A stretch of 64,000 nucleotides of DNA, taken from the NCBI GenBank assembly GCA_043801855.1, contig JAZDLQ010000098.1, forward strand, positions 2,356 to 66,355. Direction: 5' to 3'. The notes under the pieces are model-generated. The model did no database searches. It was given only the letters and a program-made list of their open reading frames with translations, and was not told where the DNA came from. The position numbers were made by a program, and so were the translations under genes. Within the stretch, counting starts at the first letter, position 1. Every line of letters starts with the position of its first letter. This document shows positions 9,100 through 18,766 of the stretch, in pieces. This stretch comes from an archaeon. GTDB lineage: Archaea > Nanobdellota > Nanobdellia > Woesearchaeales > GW2011-AR15.

Positions 9100-9618
9100 A
9101 TGGAGGAGCGCATCCTAAAATACTTTGAGAAAAAGAATAACAGAATCTTGTACCTTAAAAATAAGAGCCATTCTAATAATTTGTATGACTGGCCAAAAAT
9201 GCGGTTCCCGCTAAGAGTTATTGGGAATTATATAGTCAATAAGTTCTGCTCAAGCCTACCGCTTGGAATTAAGTCGTTCTTGTATAGGCATGTACTTAAC
9301 ATGAAAATCGGAAAAAACGTGGCTATTGCTCCAGAAGCCCAGGTTGACGCATTCTATCCTGAGCTTATTGAAGTTGAGGATAATGTTATAATCGGAATGA
9401 ACGTAACTATTTTTGCACATGAATTTACGCATGAATACTTTCGCTTCGGAAAAGTAACTATTGGAAAAAATGCACTTATCGGAGCAGGCTCAACTATTAG
9501 ATCAGGAGTTAGGATTGGTGCAAAAGCAACTGTTGCTATGTGCAGTTTTGTAAATAAAGATGTTCCTCCAGGCGAAGTGTGGGGAGGAGTTCCTGCAAAA
9601 AGGATTAGAAAAAAATAA
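9100..9618 (+). CDS. Hexapeptide-repeat (left-handed beta-helix) acetyltransferase
   Basis: 'IGKNVAIAPEAQV', 'VIIGMNVTIFAHEF', 'IGKNALIGAGSTIRSGVRIGAKATVAM' and 'GGVPAKRI', typical of the LbH O-acetyltransferase family. Confidence 0.7.
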   Translation: MEERILKYFEKKNNRILYLKNKSHSNNLYDWPKMRFPLRVIGNYIVNKFCSSLPLGIKSFLYRHVLNMKIGKNVAIAPEAQVDAFYPELIEVEDNVIIGMNVTIFAHEFTHEYFRFGKVTIGKNALIGAGSTIRSGVRIGAKATVAMCSFVNKDVPPGEVWGGVPAKRIRKK

Positions 9619-9627
9619 GATTGAACT

Positions 9628-10587
9628 TCATAATTTAACATTTCTTAGCATAAGGCTATTTGTCACAACACTCACTGAGCTTAAAGCCATCGCTCCGCCA
9701 GCAATAATTGGCGAAAGCAGCCATCCTGTGAATGGAAAAAATAATCCAGCGGCAATTGGTATCCCAATCACATTGTAGAATAGTGCAAAGAACATATTCT
9801 GCCGTATCTTTGACATTGTTGCTCGTGATAGCTTGATTGCTCTTGGTACATCGAGCAAATCATTTTTCATCAATACAAAATTTCCGGATTCCATTGCAAC
9901 ATCTGTTCCTGAACCCATTGCTATACCTATATCTGCTTGTGCTAGTGCAGGTGCATCATTGATTCCGTCACCGACCATAGCGACACGCCCTTTTTCCTGC
10001 AGGTTTTTTACGATTTTTGCCTTGTCCTGCGGCAGGACTTCTGAAAATACATTTTTTATGCCTGCCTGCGCAGCGATTGCTTTTGCGGTCCTTTGATTAT
10101 CCCCTGTAATCATATAGGTCTCAATATGCATTTTTGAAAGCATTGTCACTGCTTCTTTACTTGTATCTTTAATTGTGTCAGCAACACCAATCAACCCAAT
10201 TATTTTTTTAGAGTCCGAAAGAATCATAACAGTTTTTCCTTCATTTTCAAGGCTAATCTTTTTTTCAAGCACATGCTTTGTTTCTATATTGTTATTTTTC
10301 ATTAGTTTTTCATTTCCGAAATAATACGGTACTTTACCAACTTTGGCACTAACTCCATAGCCAGGAATTGCGTTAAAGCCTGATGTTTTTTCAAATGTAA
10401 TATCTTTACTTTGAGCGTCTTTTACAATTGCCTCAGCCAGCGGATGTTCTGAATTATTCTCTATACTCGCAGCGATTTTCAAAACTTTTTCTTCTGAATA
10501 TTTTTCATATGCCACAATGTCTGTAACAACTGGCTTTCCGTATGTGATTGTTCCAGTCTTATCAAAGACAACATATTTGATTTTGCT
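9628..10587 (-). pseudogene. copA: Copper-type P1B ATPase, 3' half only (5'-truncated)
   Basis: Reads (S)KIKYVVFDKTGTITYGKPV...'MITGDN'...'GDGINDAPALA'...two C-terminal TM helices. Everything N-terminal of the DKTGT phosphorylation site (metal-binding domain, TM1-6, CPC) is absent, and an in-frame TGA sits 8 codons upstream of YVVFDKTGT. Confidence 0.8.
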
Positions 10588-10724
10588 GCAATAACATCAG
10601 TTGAGAGCCATGTATTCTCATTCGCCATAAAATATTTCAAAATGATATAATCGGATTTAGATAAATTGAAACTGCATTTAACAACATCATCTAGACTTAT
10701 CTTCTTACAGGCAAAATCAATCAT
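10479..10724 (-). pseudogene. Chimeric ORF: N-terminal about 48 aa of a winged-HTH regulator running out of frame into the ATPase remnant
   Basis: 'CSFNLSKSDYIILKYFMANENTWLSTDVIAAK' looks like the start of a TrmB/MarR-type wHTH. After that the ORF reads the DKTGT region of copA in the wrong frame and stops. Confidence 0.45.
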
Positions 10725-10987
10725 TTTTTTGTGAATAGCATGCAGTGGCAGTGCCCGTCGTTTTCTATTTCATCGAAGTGATAGATGCAGGGGCAGATTA
10801 TTTTTTTATCATCTTCTTTATTTCCGGTTACTCTCCTGCATGGGCAATAATTCTCTCCGAATTTTTCACCGTTTTTCATTAAGCCCTTTAGAATCATGTC
10901 AACTATTTTTTTATCAGGGTTTAACTGGATGTTGTTTTCATTTGCATGTTTTAAATAAAATGCAATTAGCTCTTCTTTGGTCTTCAT
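10721..10987 (-). CDS. Ferredoxin:thioredoxin reductase catalytic-subunit-like protein
   Basis: 'YCPCRRV...ICPCIYH...GHCHCMLF' is the CPC-CPC-CHC signature of FTR beta. ATG 10987 (MKTKEEL) lies 16 nt after the trx stop. Confidence 0.8.
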   Translation of the reverse strand: MKTKEELIAFYLKHANENNIQLNPDKKIVDMILKGLMKNGEKFGENYCPCRRVTGNKEDDKKIICPCIYHFDEIENDGHCHCMLFTKK

Positions 10988-11003
10988 TTTATAAAATAAA
11001 AAT

Positions 11004-11336
11004 TTACTTGATTTTTGCAAGTACAGCATCAATTTTCTGCTTCATAACGGTTTTTTGCGCAAAACCCACAATTCTATCAACTTCTTTTCCCTTGTTCATC
11101 ACAACGAGGCAGGGAATTGAACTAATATTATGTTTAGTTGATAATTCCTGCTCTTCTTGTGTATCTACTTTTGCAAATTTTAACTTTCCTGCATAATCTT
11201 TGGACAAGTCCTCAAATATAGGCCCAAGCATCTGACATGGCATGCACCAGCCTGCCCAGAAATCTACAATGACAGGAGTATCCGAATTTTTTATTTCTTT
11301 CTCAAAGTTTTTGCTTGTTACATGAATTAAACTCAT
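11004..11336 (-). CDS. trxA: Thioredoxin
   Basis: 'VDFWAGWCMPCQMLGP' WCxPC active site, 110 aa. Confidence 0.85.
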   Translation of the reverse strand: MSLIHVTSKNFEKEIKNSDTPVIVDFWAGWCMPCQMLGPIFEDLSKDYAGKLKFAKVDTQEEQELSTKHNISSIPCLVVMNKGKEVDRIVGFAQKTVMKQKIDAVLAKIK

Positions 11337-11533
11337 TTTAGTACCTCGTATATTCAGTACTGCAATAATAATGAAGTACTATTTAAAGGCTTTTAAGTGC
11401 TGCAAAAGAAGACTTATATTTTGCAGTGACGAATATTTTTAGATAGCATTGGCAAATGAAAAAGGCAAAAAATATATAACTAAGTAATATTGAACAGATT
11501 ATTAAGTAATTATGATAAAAAAAAGGTGTGAAA

Positions 11534-11893
11534 ATGAAGGTTCTTATTGTTGAAGATTCAGCTTTCATTGCTAAAGCAATCAGCTTAATTCTTAGAAAAG
11601 AAGGCATAAGCTCTCTTATTACAGACGATGGAGCAAAAGTGCCAGGAATTGTTAAAAAAGAAAAAATATCTCTTGTGATACTGGATATAATGATGCCAAA
11701 TGTGTCAGGAATTGAGGTATTTGAGATGCTGAAAAAAGACCCTCAAACCAGCCCTGTAAAGATATTGATACTCACTGCAAAGACAGACATTCTTAAATGG
11801 AATGATAAGCTAAAGTTTTGTGATGCATTTATGACAAAGCCATTTGATAATGAAGAACTTGCAAAAGAAGTAAAAAGACTTCTTTGTAGTTAA
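11534..11893 (+). CDS. Response regulator, receiver domain only (CheY-like)
   Basis: 'MKVLIVEDS', 'LVILDIMMP' (phospho-acceptor Asp context) and 'LTAKTD...KPF'. ATG 11534 is preceded by AGGTG. Confidence 0.8.
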   Translation: MKVLIVEDSAFIAKAISLILRKEGISSLITDDGAKVPGIVKKEKISLVILDIMMPNVSGIEVFEMLKKDPQTSPVKILILTAKTDILKWNDKLKFCDAFMTKPFDNEELAKEVKRLLCS

Positions 11894-11900
11894 TAAAAAT

Positions 11901-13697
11901 ATGAAACTTAGCAACAGGATATTTGTTTTTATCGCTATTGCAACAACCCTGGCGTTCATCTTTTCAATAATTCTATCAAATCTACTTGTAAAAAATACAG
12001 TAACAGGCGCTGAAACTGAATATGCAATTTACTCTGCAAAAATGGTCAATATTACCCTGAAAGAGGAATTTGATTTTCTTCAAAAGATGGTAGTGGACTG
12101 GGCTGCCTGGGATGACACATATAATTTCATTAATGGAAACAATAATAATTATATCAGCACTAACATAGCTCCGGTTACGTTTACAAACCTAAATCTAAAT
12201 GCAATAATAATTGCACATAATAACGGAACTGTATTCTATGAAAAATACTATGATTATGAAACTGACAGCGAATTAAATTTAAGCGATGAAAACAAAGAAG
12301 AAATCAATTATCTCATTAGATATATTTCAAGCATTAAGCAAGACCAGATATCTTCAAATGGATTGTTGTTTCTAAATGGCAGATATGTTATGTTCTCCTC
12401 TTATTCAATTTTTAACACAGATATGAGCGTTCAATCTGACTCATACCTTATTTTTGCAAGATATGTAGGTGAGGAACAGCTAGAATCAATACGAAAACAC
12501 TTTTTAGACGAGTATACCATTGAACAAACCAATGCATTGATTGAAAATATCTACACAAATAATACAAAGCAGCTCAGCAAGGATGTTTATTTTAATATAA
12601 TAAATGAAAATTATGCTGAATCACTTTTGCAACTTTATGATGTCATTGGAAATCCTATTGGCATTGTCCATGTTAAATTTTATAGGGAGAATTACATTAA
12701 GCTCAAAACTACTTTTTTCTATTTTTTTATCATGCTTTTCTTTGGTTTTTTTGTGATTACGGCGTCTGTAGTTTTTCTTCTTGAAAGGAACGTAGTTAAT
12801 AAAATAGATGAGTTCAACAAAACGATAACAAATATAATCGAAACAAACGACTTATCTCAAATGGTAAATATAACTGCGGATGAAGAGATAAAAACTCTTG
12901 CAAACAGGTTTAACGAGATGATGCAGAAACTTTATAAGTACAGGCAGTATTATTTAGAGAGCAACAAGAACCTTGAGGAAAATAACCTCAAATTAAAAGA
13001 GCTAGACAGGGCAAAAGATGACTTTTTGTCAAATGTATCTCATGAGATAAAGACCCCAATTACCTCACTTAAAACTTACACACAGCTTCTTTTGTCTGAT
13101 TCTTTTGAAAAAATAAAAAAAGGGCAGCGTGAGGCACTGGAAGTCATCCTTGAATCGATTAAGCAGCTTGATAGTATTGTAAATGAGCTTCTTGACCTAT
13201 CAAGATACGAAGCAGGCAAAATGAAACTGGAATTGCAAATGGAAGAGATATGCTCCTCTATTAAAGAAGTGATAAAAGAATTCGCTCCGCAGATTGAAAG
13301 CCTTAACGGAAAAATTGTATTTAAAAGAGAAAAATTTTCCAGGCTAATCCTGATTGATAATAATAAAATAAAAGAGGTCATAAGAAACTTAATCAACAAT
13401 TCAATAAAATATAAGGATGAACACAGAAAGCTTAAAATCACAATAGACCTAAAAGAAGAAAGAGATAAAATATTTATAATTATAGAAGATAACGGGATGG
13501 GAATAAAAAATGAAAATAGAGTTCATCTTTTCAGCAAGTTCTACCAGGTTGACCAATCTCTGAATAAAAAGATACGTGGTACTGGCCTTGGGCTTGCGAT
13601 AAGCAAGCAAATAATAATAGCGCACGAAGGAAATATTCTTGTCGAGAGCGAGTATGGAAAATGGACGAGATTTACAGTTATCCTTCCATATAGATAG
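11901..13697 (+). CDS. Sensor histidine kinase with N-terminal extracytoplasmic (CHASE4-like) domain
   Basis: Two TM segments flank an approximately 250-aa sensor region ('DWAAWDDTYNF'). Then HAMP-like, HisKA 'SHEIKTPITSL' and HATPase 'EDNGMGI'...'GTGLGLAISK'. Confidence 0.85.
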   Translation: MKLSNRIFVFIAIATTLAFIFSIILSNLLVKNTVTGAETEYAIYSAKMVNITLKEEFDFLQKMVVDWAAWDDTYNFINGNNNNYISTNIAPVTFTNLNLNAIIIAHNNGTVFYEKYYDYETDSELNLSDENKEEINYLIRYISSIKQDQISSNGLLFLNGRYVMFSSYSIFNTDMSVQSDSYLIFARYVGEEQLESIRKHFLDEYTIEQTNALIENIYTNNTKQLSKDVYFNIINENYAESLLQLYDVIGNPIGIVHVKFYRENYIKLKTTFFYFFIMLFFGFFVITASVVFLLERNVVNKIDEFNKTITNIIETNDLSQMVNITADEEIKTLANRFNEMMQKLYKYRQYYLESNKNLEENNLKLKELDRAKDDFLSNVSHEIKTPITSLKTYTQLLLSDSFEKIKKGQREALEVILESIKQLDSIVNELLDLSRYEAGKMKLELQMEEICSSIKEVIKEFAPQIESLNGKIVFKREKFSRLILIDNNKIKEVIRNLINNSIKYKDEHRKLKITIDLKEERDKIFIIIEDNGMGIKNENRVHLFSKFYQVDQSLNKKIRGTGLGLAISKQIIIAHEGNILVESEYGKWTRFTVILPYR

Positions 13698-13733
13698 CGA
13701 TATGAAATAAATCCTTCTTTAATAAAACTAAGT

Positions 13734-13787
13734 ATGTAAAGAGAAGTTTGCAAAAAACCTGCAAACTTCTCATAGATAACTTTACAT
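13734..13787. terminator. Strong hairpin downstream of the kinase gene (possible terminator)
   Basis: 12-bp perfect stem 13741-13752/13760-13771 (GAGAAGTTTGCA...TGCAAACTTCTC), plus an outer 7-bp stem 13734-13740/13781-13787. No classic U-tract on the plus strand. Confidence 0.35.
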
Positions 13788-13981
13788 AAAAACAGTATCT
13801 CCGAAAAGAAAGTAATTCCTCCAAAGAATCTAGAAAAAAACACATAGGAGGTAAAAACAGTTGAAAAAGACCGATATTTCGAGGGTAAACGTTAAATGCA
13901 TATACAGAAGTACTCTCTGATGCTTGTCAACTATTTTGCTTAGATATTAAATGGTTAATAGACATTAAATGGAAAAAAAAT

Positions 13982-14746
13982 TTATTCTTCAGCATCACTT
14001 GCTAAAAAAGACCACCAAGGCCTCTTCTCTTGTATTACTTCACCATTCTCTGCATCTACCTGTGCCTGTACCTGCATTTTTGTCTTAAACAATCCAAGGA
14101 ATTTAGCTTGCTTTTGTACTTTAACCTCATAAGCTGCCTTTACTTCTTCTCCTTTGCCTACTTCTTTTAATTCAATCTGGCACTGATTTTCTTCAGTGCA
14201 AACTCTCACCATTAACCTTTCCAATGCTTTTTCTGAAGCTGCATCAGGCATTACTTTAACCTCAGCATTTTGACCATTGGATAACTTCACTTGTAATTTA
14301 GTTCCTGTCTGGGTCTGCTGTTGTGTCATTTCCATAGAAGTTTGAGCAGATGCTGTTCCGGATTTCAATTGAACTTTATTATTACTTTGAGTTTGTACCT
14401 GTACTTGTTTTCCACTTTCAGTTGTCAGACTTCCAGTTTGAACTCTTGTCTGCTCCTGTGTTCTTACCTGCTCACCTGTGCCTGGATTATTTGTTTGTGT
14501 TTGCTGCTGTGTCTGAATCTGTGAATCTACTCCTTGATTTTGTGTTTCATGTGTCACTTGTGTACCGCTTCCTGTTTCTTCTGGATTTCCACTATCCTTG
14601 GGTTGACTGGTTATTTTAGGCTGTCCTGCTGTATCTGTTTGTCCACCTGACTGTCCAGAGCCACTTCCTTGAACTGCCAAAACAGCAACAGACATCAATA
14701 GTGTTAAAAACACCAAGATAAAAAATATTTTTTTCATTTGAGTCAC
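13982..14746 (-). CDS. Secreted Gln/Thr-rich protein with conserved C-terminal domain
   Basis: Signal peptide 'MKKIFFILVFLTLLMSVAVLA', about 130 aa of Q/T/G-rich low complexity, then a structured C-terminus ending 'KRPWWSFLASDAEE'. Confidence 0.55.
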   Translation of the reverse strand: MTQMKKIFFILVFLTLLMSVAVLAVQGSGSGQSGGQTDTAGQPKITSQPKDSGNPEETGSGTQVTHETQNQGVDSQIQTQQQTQTNNPGTGEQVRTQEQTRVQTGSLTTESGKQVQVQTQSNNKVQLKSGTASAQTSMEMTQQQTQTGTKLQVKLSNGQNAEVKVMPDAASEKALERLMVRVCTEENQCQIELKEVGKGEEVKAAYEVKVQKQAKFLGLFKTKMQVQAQVDAENGEVIQEKRPWWSFLASDAEE

Positions 14747-14815
14747 CTGCCTTTAAATTATTAAAAATAATAATCATGAAGTCACTATTTATATTTTTCT
14801 AATAAAAGAAAAAAA

Positions 14816-15277
14816 TTAATTTGTATGATGCAAAGCATAATTGTCGCAGACTCTATCATTGTTAGCATCTGTAAACTGCTGTATCCTCTGACTGTTGCTT
14901 CCTTTTCCCTGCATTCCTTTACCATTGTTGCTACCTTTATTCATCATACACTGACCAAGACCTAGTTCAGCTCTGATTTCATTAGCTGTTTCTGTGTCTC
15001 CAGCTTCAACTGCATTGTGCAATTGCATGTACAAATCAAAGTTGTCAGCATTTACTACTTGGAAGATTCTCCCCTTTGTAGGTAAGTTATTGTTCTGCCT
15101 TATTTGTATCCATGCATCATAATCTCCTGCTTCAATAGCTGCTTCAAGTTGTTCATGCACATCTGCGTTGTAGTTTGGTCTTACAGTATTCTGGTTTCCC
15201 TGATAAGCCATTACTCCTAAAGATAGTAAGCTTATAAGGAACAAGGCACCAATGCCATATATTATTTGTTTATTCAT
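14816..15277 (-). CDS. Secreted protein with duplicated 'EAGDxxxA' helical motif
   Basis: ATG 15277 is preceded by GGAGG (15285-15289). Signal-like 'MNKQIIYGIGALFLISLLSLGVMA', and repeats 'AIEAGDYDAW' / 'AVEAGDTETA'. Confidence 0.5.
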   Translation of the reverse strand: MNKQIIYGIGALFLISLLSLGVMAYQGNQNTVRPNYNADVHEQLEAAIEAGDYDAWIQIRQNNNLPTKGRIFQVVNADNFDLYMQLHNAVEAGDTETANEIRAELGLGQCMMNKGSNNGKGMQGKGSNSQRIQQFTDANNDRVCDNYALHHTN

Positions 15278-15410
15278 TTTTGTTCCTCCGTGACTTTCAA
15301 TCACATAGTTACATAAAGATGAAACCATATTACTTGATTCCTGAAACTATTGATTGAATTCCTGAAACCAATAAATAATAATAAAAAGAAATTAACAATC
15401 ATCATCACAT

Positions 15411-15944
15411 ATGAAGAAAAAGTATATTATTTCAAGCCTAATCATAATCTCATTTGTTTTGCTTGTGATAAGTGTTGTATTCTTTCTTAATAGTACTAAA
15501 GAACAGAGAAAGATTGACCCATCAGACTTTGAGATTATGACAAAAGAGGAGATTATCCAGTATATTTATGACAAACAAAGTGAAGGGCATGCTCCTTTTT
15601 ACTACTTTATCCCTATCTTTGGCTTTTTTGGGATAGTTGTTGGAACATTAATATATTATATAATGAGTGGAGATATTGAAAAGAAACAGCAGATTATACA
15701 ACATAATTCTGATATTGTATTGAAACTACTCAATCCTGAAGAAAGAAAAGTAATAAAAAAAATAGTTGACAGTGAAGGGAAGATACAACAGCTGGAAATA
15801 ACATATATGGAAGGGTTCACCAAGGTAAAAGCGCATAGGATTATAGAATCTTTAGTGAATAAAGGTATATTGGAAAAAAATAAGCTTGGCAAGACAAGAA
15901 TGATTCGGCTGAATAAAGACTTGTATCTAATGCTCAAAAAATAA
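15411..15944 (+). CDS. Membrane-anchored winged-HTH transcriptional regulator
   Basis: Two TM helices, then 'LNPEERKVIKKIVDSEGKIQQLEITYMEGFTKVKAHRIIESLVNKGILEK' (MarR/TrmB-like wHTH). Confidence 0.6.
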   Translation: MKKKYIISSLIIISFVLLVISVVFFLNSTKEQRKIDPSDFEIMTKEEIIQYIYDKQSEGHAPFYYFIPIFGFFGIVVGTLIYYIMSGDIEKKQQIIQHNSDIVLKLLNPEERKVIKKIVDSEGKIQQLEITYMEGFTKVKAHRIIESLVNKGILEKNKLGKTRMIRLNKDLYLMLKK

Positions 15945-15946
15945 TT

Positions 15947-16204
15947 TTAGTGTAGCTTATCTGTTCTGTTTATTAATTGATGTTTCAGGAATTGAGTTAA
16001 TGCTTCATCAACTGTGCTCTCTTCTGTTACAATCGGATTAATATTGGCGTTTGTCAAATCATCATAAATTCTTTGCCCCATACCATAGCTTATTACAATC
16101 TCACAGCCTATGACATTTTGAATATCATACACAACAAATCCTAATGCCCTTCCAAAATGATGTGATATTGTTTTTTTATCATCACTCGCTATTGCTATTT
16201 TCAT
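15947..16204 (-). CDS. NifX/NifB-C-like (dinitrogenase FeMo-cofactor biosynthesis domain) protein, short variant
   Basis: 'MKIAIASDDKKTISHHFGRA..FVVYD' and 'EIVISYGMGQRIYDDL' match the family. About 25-30 aa of the usual middle section are missing. Confidence 0.6.
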   Translation of the reverse strand: MKIAIASDDKKTISHHFGRALGFVVYDIQNVIGCEIVISYGMGQRIYDDLTNANINPIVTEESTVDEALTQFLKHQLINRTDKLH

Positions 16205-16238
16205 TTTCCATTTTGTCCACCCCTATATTATTTAATGT

Positions 16239-17117
16239 TTACTTGATATTTAATTCTATTTTTTCAGCAATAGCCTTAAATGCAGGCATTGTTTTTTTAT
16301 TGTATTCAACAACAGGAGTTAAATTCACCAGAGCATACAAGAATGACTTATCATATTGAATCTTTCCAATGAGTTCTATGCCTTGTTTTTTTGCATATTC
16401 TTCAATTTCTTGTGTAAAGGCTTCATTTAAGTCATATTTATTTATAATCAATCCTGACTTAATCCTGAAATGAGATACCATTCCAAATGCCCTTTTAAAA
16501 TCAGAGAAGCCTGATGGAGTTGGTTCAGTTACAATAACGCAATAATTTGCTCCAGCAACAGAAGCAATAACTGGGCAGCCTATACCAGCAGGAGCATCAT
16601 TTAATATTAAATCAATATTTTCCTTTTTAGAAGCTAGTTTTCTAATCTCGTGCACTATTTTTCCACTGCCAGATTCGCCAGCAGCTAAGGTTCCGGATAT
16701 AATCTCAAACCCGTATTTTGTTTTTCCAGTACCTATTTTTCCGTTCTGAACATCTTTCAGTTTCACTGCATTGTTTGGACAGACTAATTCGCATACTCCG
16801 CAGCCTTCGCATCCAAATTCTTTGACAACTATTTTATTATCTCGCTGTTCAATAGCGCCAAAATAGCAGTTCTCTATGCATAATTTGCATGAAATACATT
16901 TTTCATTGTCGATAACTGCCTTCTTGCTTGTTGAAATCTTGTTCCAAGATAAAAAATCATTTTCCCGCAGTCCAAGAACAAGTCCTAAATTTGATGCGTC
17001 AACATCGCAATCCACACATAATACCTTAATTTTTTTTGATAATACAACAGCAAAAGATGCAGTAATACTGCTTTTACCAACTCCTCCTTTACCTGAAAGC
17101 ACTGTTATTTGTTTCAT
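16239..17117 (-). CDS. MinD/ParA-family P-loop ATPase with inserted 2x[4Fe-4S] ferredoxin domain
   Basis: Deviant Walker A 'GKGGVGKSS', with Cys clusters 'CISCKLCIENC' and 'CEGCGVCELVCP'. Confidence 0.8.
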   Translation of the reverse strand: MKQITVLSGKGGVGKSSITASFAVVLSKKIKVLCVDCDVDASNLGLVLGLRENDFLSWNKISTSKKAVIDNEKCISCKLCIENCYFGAIEQRDNKIVVKEFGCEGCGVCELVCPNNAVKLKDVQNGKIGTGKTKYGFEIISGTLAAGESGSGKIVHEIRKLASKKENIDLILNDAPAGIGCPVIASVAGANYCVIVTEPTPSGFSDFKRAFGMVSHFRIKSGLIINKYDLNEAFTQEIEEYAKKQGIELIGKIQYDKSFLYALVNLTPVVEYNKKTMPAFKAIAEKIELNIK

Positions 17118-17896
17118 AGGTTTATCGCATCTAAAGTTTTCACTTTTTTTCCGCCGATTTTTTCAAACTCAGAAAAAGCATATTCATCAAGACAGTGCAT
17201 TGGATAAATATGCTCGATATTTATTTGTTTTATGAATTCAATCGTTTTATCTGTCTGTTCTTTATTAAAAAGGTGGAAACCTCCTATAAGAGCAAAAACC
17301 TTTTTTTCATTGCACACATCTATCGCATAGTTAATTGTATTGCATATACCAGAATGTGAACAACCAGAAATCACGATCAACCCTTTTTGACTTTTTATTG
17401 CAATTGCAGAGTCATCAATAACAAAATCTTTTTCTCCATTTTCAACATTGCCAACAGAAGTTTTTCCTTCAAAGCTGTTTAAACGTGGAATTTCCCCTAG
17501 AAATATAATTTTATTTTTCTTAATCCAAAAAGGTTCTTTAGAGAGAATAATCCTTGTTTTTTGCTTAATCTCCTGACTTGAAAAAGGGCTGCCAATTAAT
17601 ACTTTTTTTTGATAGTATTTTTTTTTTAAGCATAAAGGATGGCACAATACACACTTTACTTGCCTAAAATCAATGTGCATCAGCCCTTCTGTGTGGTCAA
17701 TATGCCCATGACTAATTATAAGATAATCAATTTTCTCCAGATTAATATTTTTTTGAGCAGCATTTATGAAAATGTCATCCTTATAGGAAACATCAAACAA
17801 AATCTTCATCTTGTATGCTTCTATCAATAGGCTCAATCCAGAATCCTCATTAACAAATTTTTCCAGTTCATTGTGCAATACAGTTATTTTAACCAT
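17114..17896 (-). CDS. MBL-fold metallo-hydrolase (MJ0301-like subgroup)
   Basis: 'ISHGHIDHTEG' HxHxDH motif and later 'GCSHSG'. 4-nt overlap with the downstream gene. Confidence 0.75.
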   Translation of the reverse strand: MVKITVLHNELEKFVNEDSGLSLLIEAYKMKILFDVSYKDDIFINAAQKNINLEKIDYLIISHGHIDHTEGLMHIDFRQVKCVLCHPLCLKKKYYQKKVLIGSPFSSQEIKQKTRIILSKEPFWIKKNKIIFLGEIPRLNSFEGKTSVGNVENGEKDFVIDDSAIAIKSQKGLIVISGCSHSGICNTINYAIDVCNEKKVFALIGGFHLFNKEQTDKTIEFIKQINIEHIYPMHCLDEYAFSEFEKIGGKKVKTLDAINL

Positions 17897-17914
17897 TCTT
17901 TATTCCCTCAAAAT

Positions 17915-18766
17915 TTATTTAAATCTATCATTTAGTATGCCTTCCGCAATCTTTTTTATTGATTCATCCTCTACAGGAATGCCTTTTGAGTACTGTTCCA
18001 TAATTGCTTTACTATACGGTATCTTTGCAAATATGCTCTTATTGTATCTTTTCAGCATATCAGATATTATCTGCTCATTTTCCTTTTCATAACGATTAAG
18101 AATTATCTCAAATGGCTTATTCATTCTTAACAAAAGTTTGATAATTACTTCTACGTCATGCTCTCCCAGTGGAGTTGGTTCAGTTATTCCAAAAACAAAA
18201 TAACAGAATCCAAGCGCTGAAATTACATCGCATTTGCTTCCAGCAGCAGTATCTGCTATTATGTAATCATATTTTTCTTTTTTACTTTCAACAATTCTCT
18301 TTAGCTCATTCACAACAAACTCTGCAATAGGCTCATTAATTTTTAATTCACCTGAATAAAAATCAATTCCGTATGCTTTTCCAGAATATATTACTCCAAT
18401 TTCTTTCTTGTTCCAGAAAATTGCTTCTTCTTTGCAAACTATTTTGCATGCCCCGCATCCATTACATTGTTGTGGCATGAAAAAAGGGATTTTATCGGAA
18501 ATAGCTACAATAGCATTATAATTACAGGCTTTAGCGCATGCACCGCATTTGATGCATTTATTAGCATTAATAACTGGAATTCTTTGGTATACTTTATGCA
18601 ATTCCTTTCTTTTAATATTAAGAATCAGATGGTCATTAGGGCAGTCAACATCCATATCAACCAGCATTACCTTGCTTCTTTTGCCAAGTTCAATAGCTAA
18701 AGCTGTTGCTACTGTTGATTTTCCAGTTCCGCCTTTGCCGCCAGTAACTCCGATTATTCTAACCAT
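17915..18766 (-). CDS. MinD/ParA-family ATPase with ferredoxin insert (paralog of 16239-17117)
   Basis: 'GGKGGTGKST', 'CIKCGACAKAC' and 'CNGCGACKIVC'. ATG 18766 (MVRIIGV). Confidence 0.8.
   Translation of the reverse strand: MVRIIGVTGGKGGTGKSTVATALAIELGKRSKVMLVDMDVDCPNDHLILNIKRKELHKVYQRIPVINANKCIKCGACAKACNYNAIVAISDKIPFFMPQQCNGCGACKIVCKEEAIFWNKKEIGVIYSGKAYGIDFYSGELKINEPIAEFVVNELKRIVESKKEKYDYIIADTAAGSKCDVISALGFCYFVFGITEPTPLGEHDVEVIIKLLLRMNKPFEIILNRYEKENEQIISDMLKRYNKSIFAKIPYSKAIMEQYSKGIPVEDESIKKIAEGILNDRFK

Noticed and set aside
13541-13843. 100-aa minus-strand ORF spanning the kinase 3' end and the downstream hairpin.
   Set aside because: It overlaps the well-supported HATPase domain coding region on the other strand. 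The rest lies over a palindromic terminator-like structure.
15947-16204. The short (85-aa) NifX-like gene as a pseudogene with an internal deletion.
   Set aside because: The ORF is intact and in frame, with both conserved flanking segments. It may simply be a short variant, so it is called a CDS with reduced confidence rather than a pseudogene.
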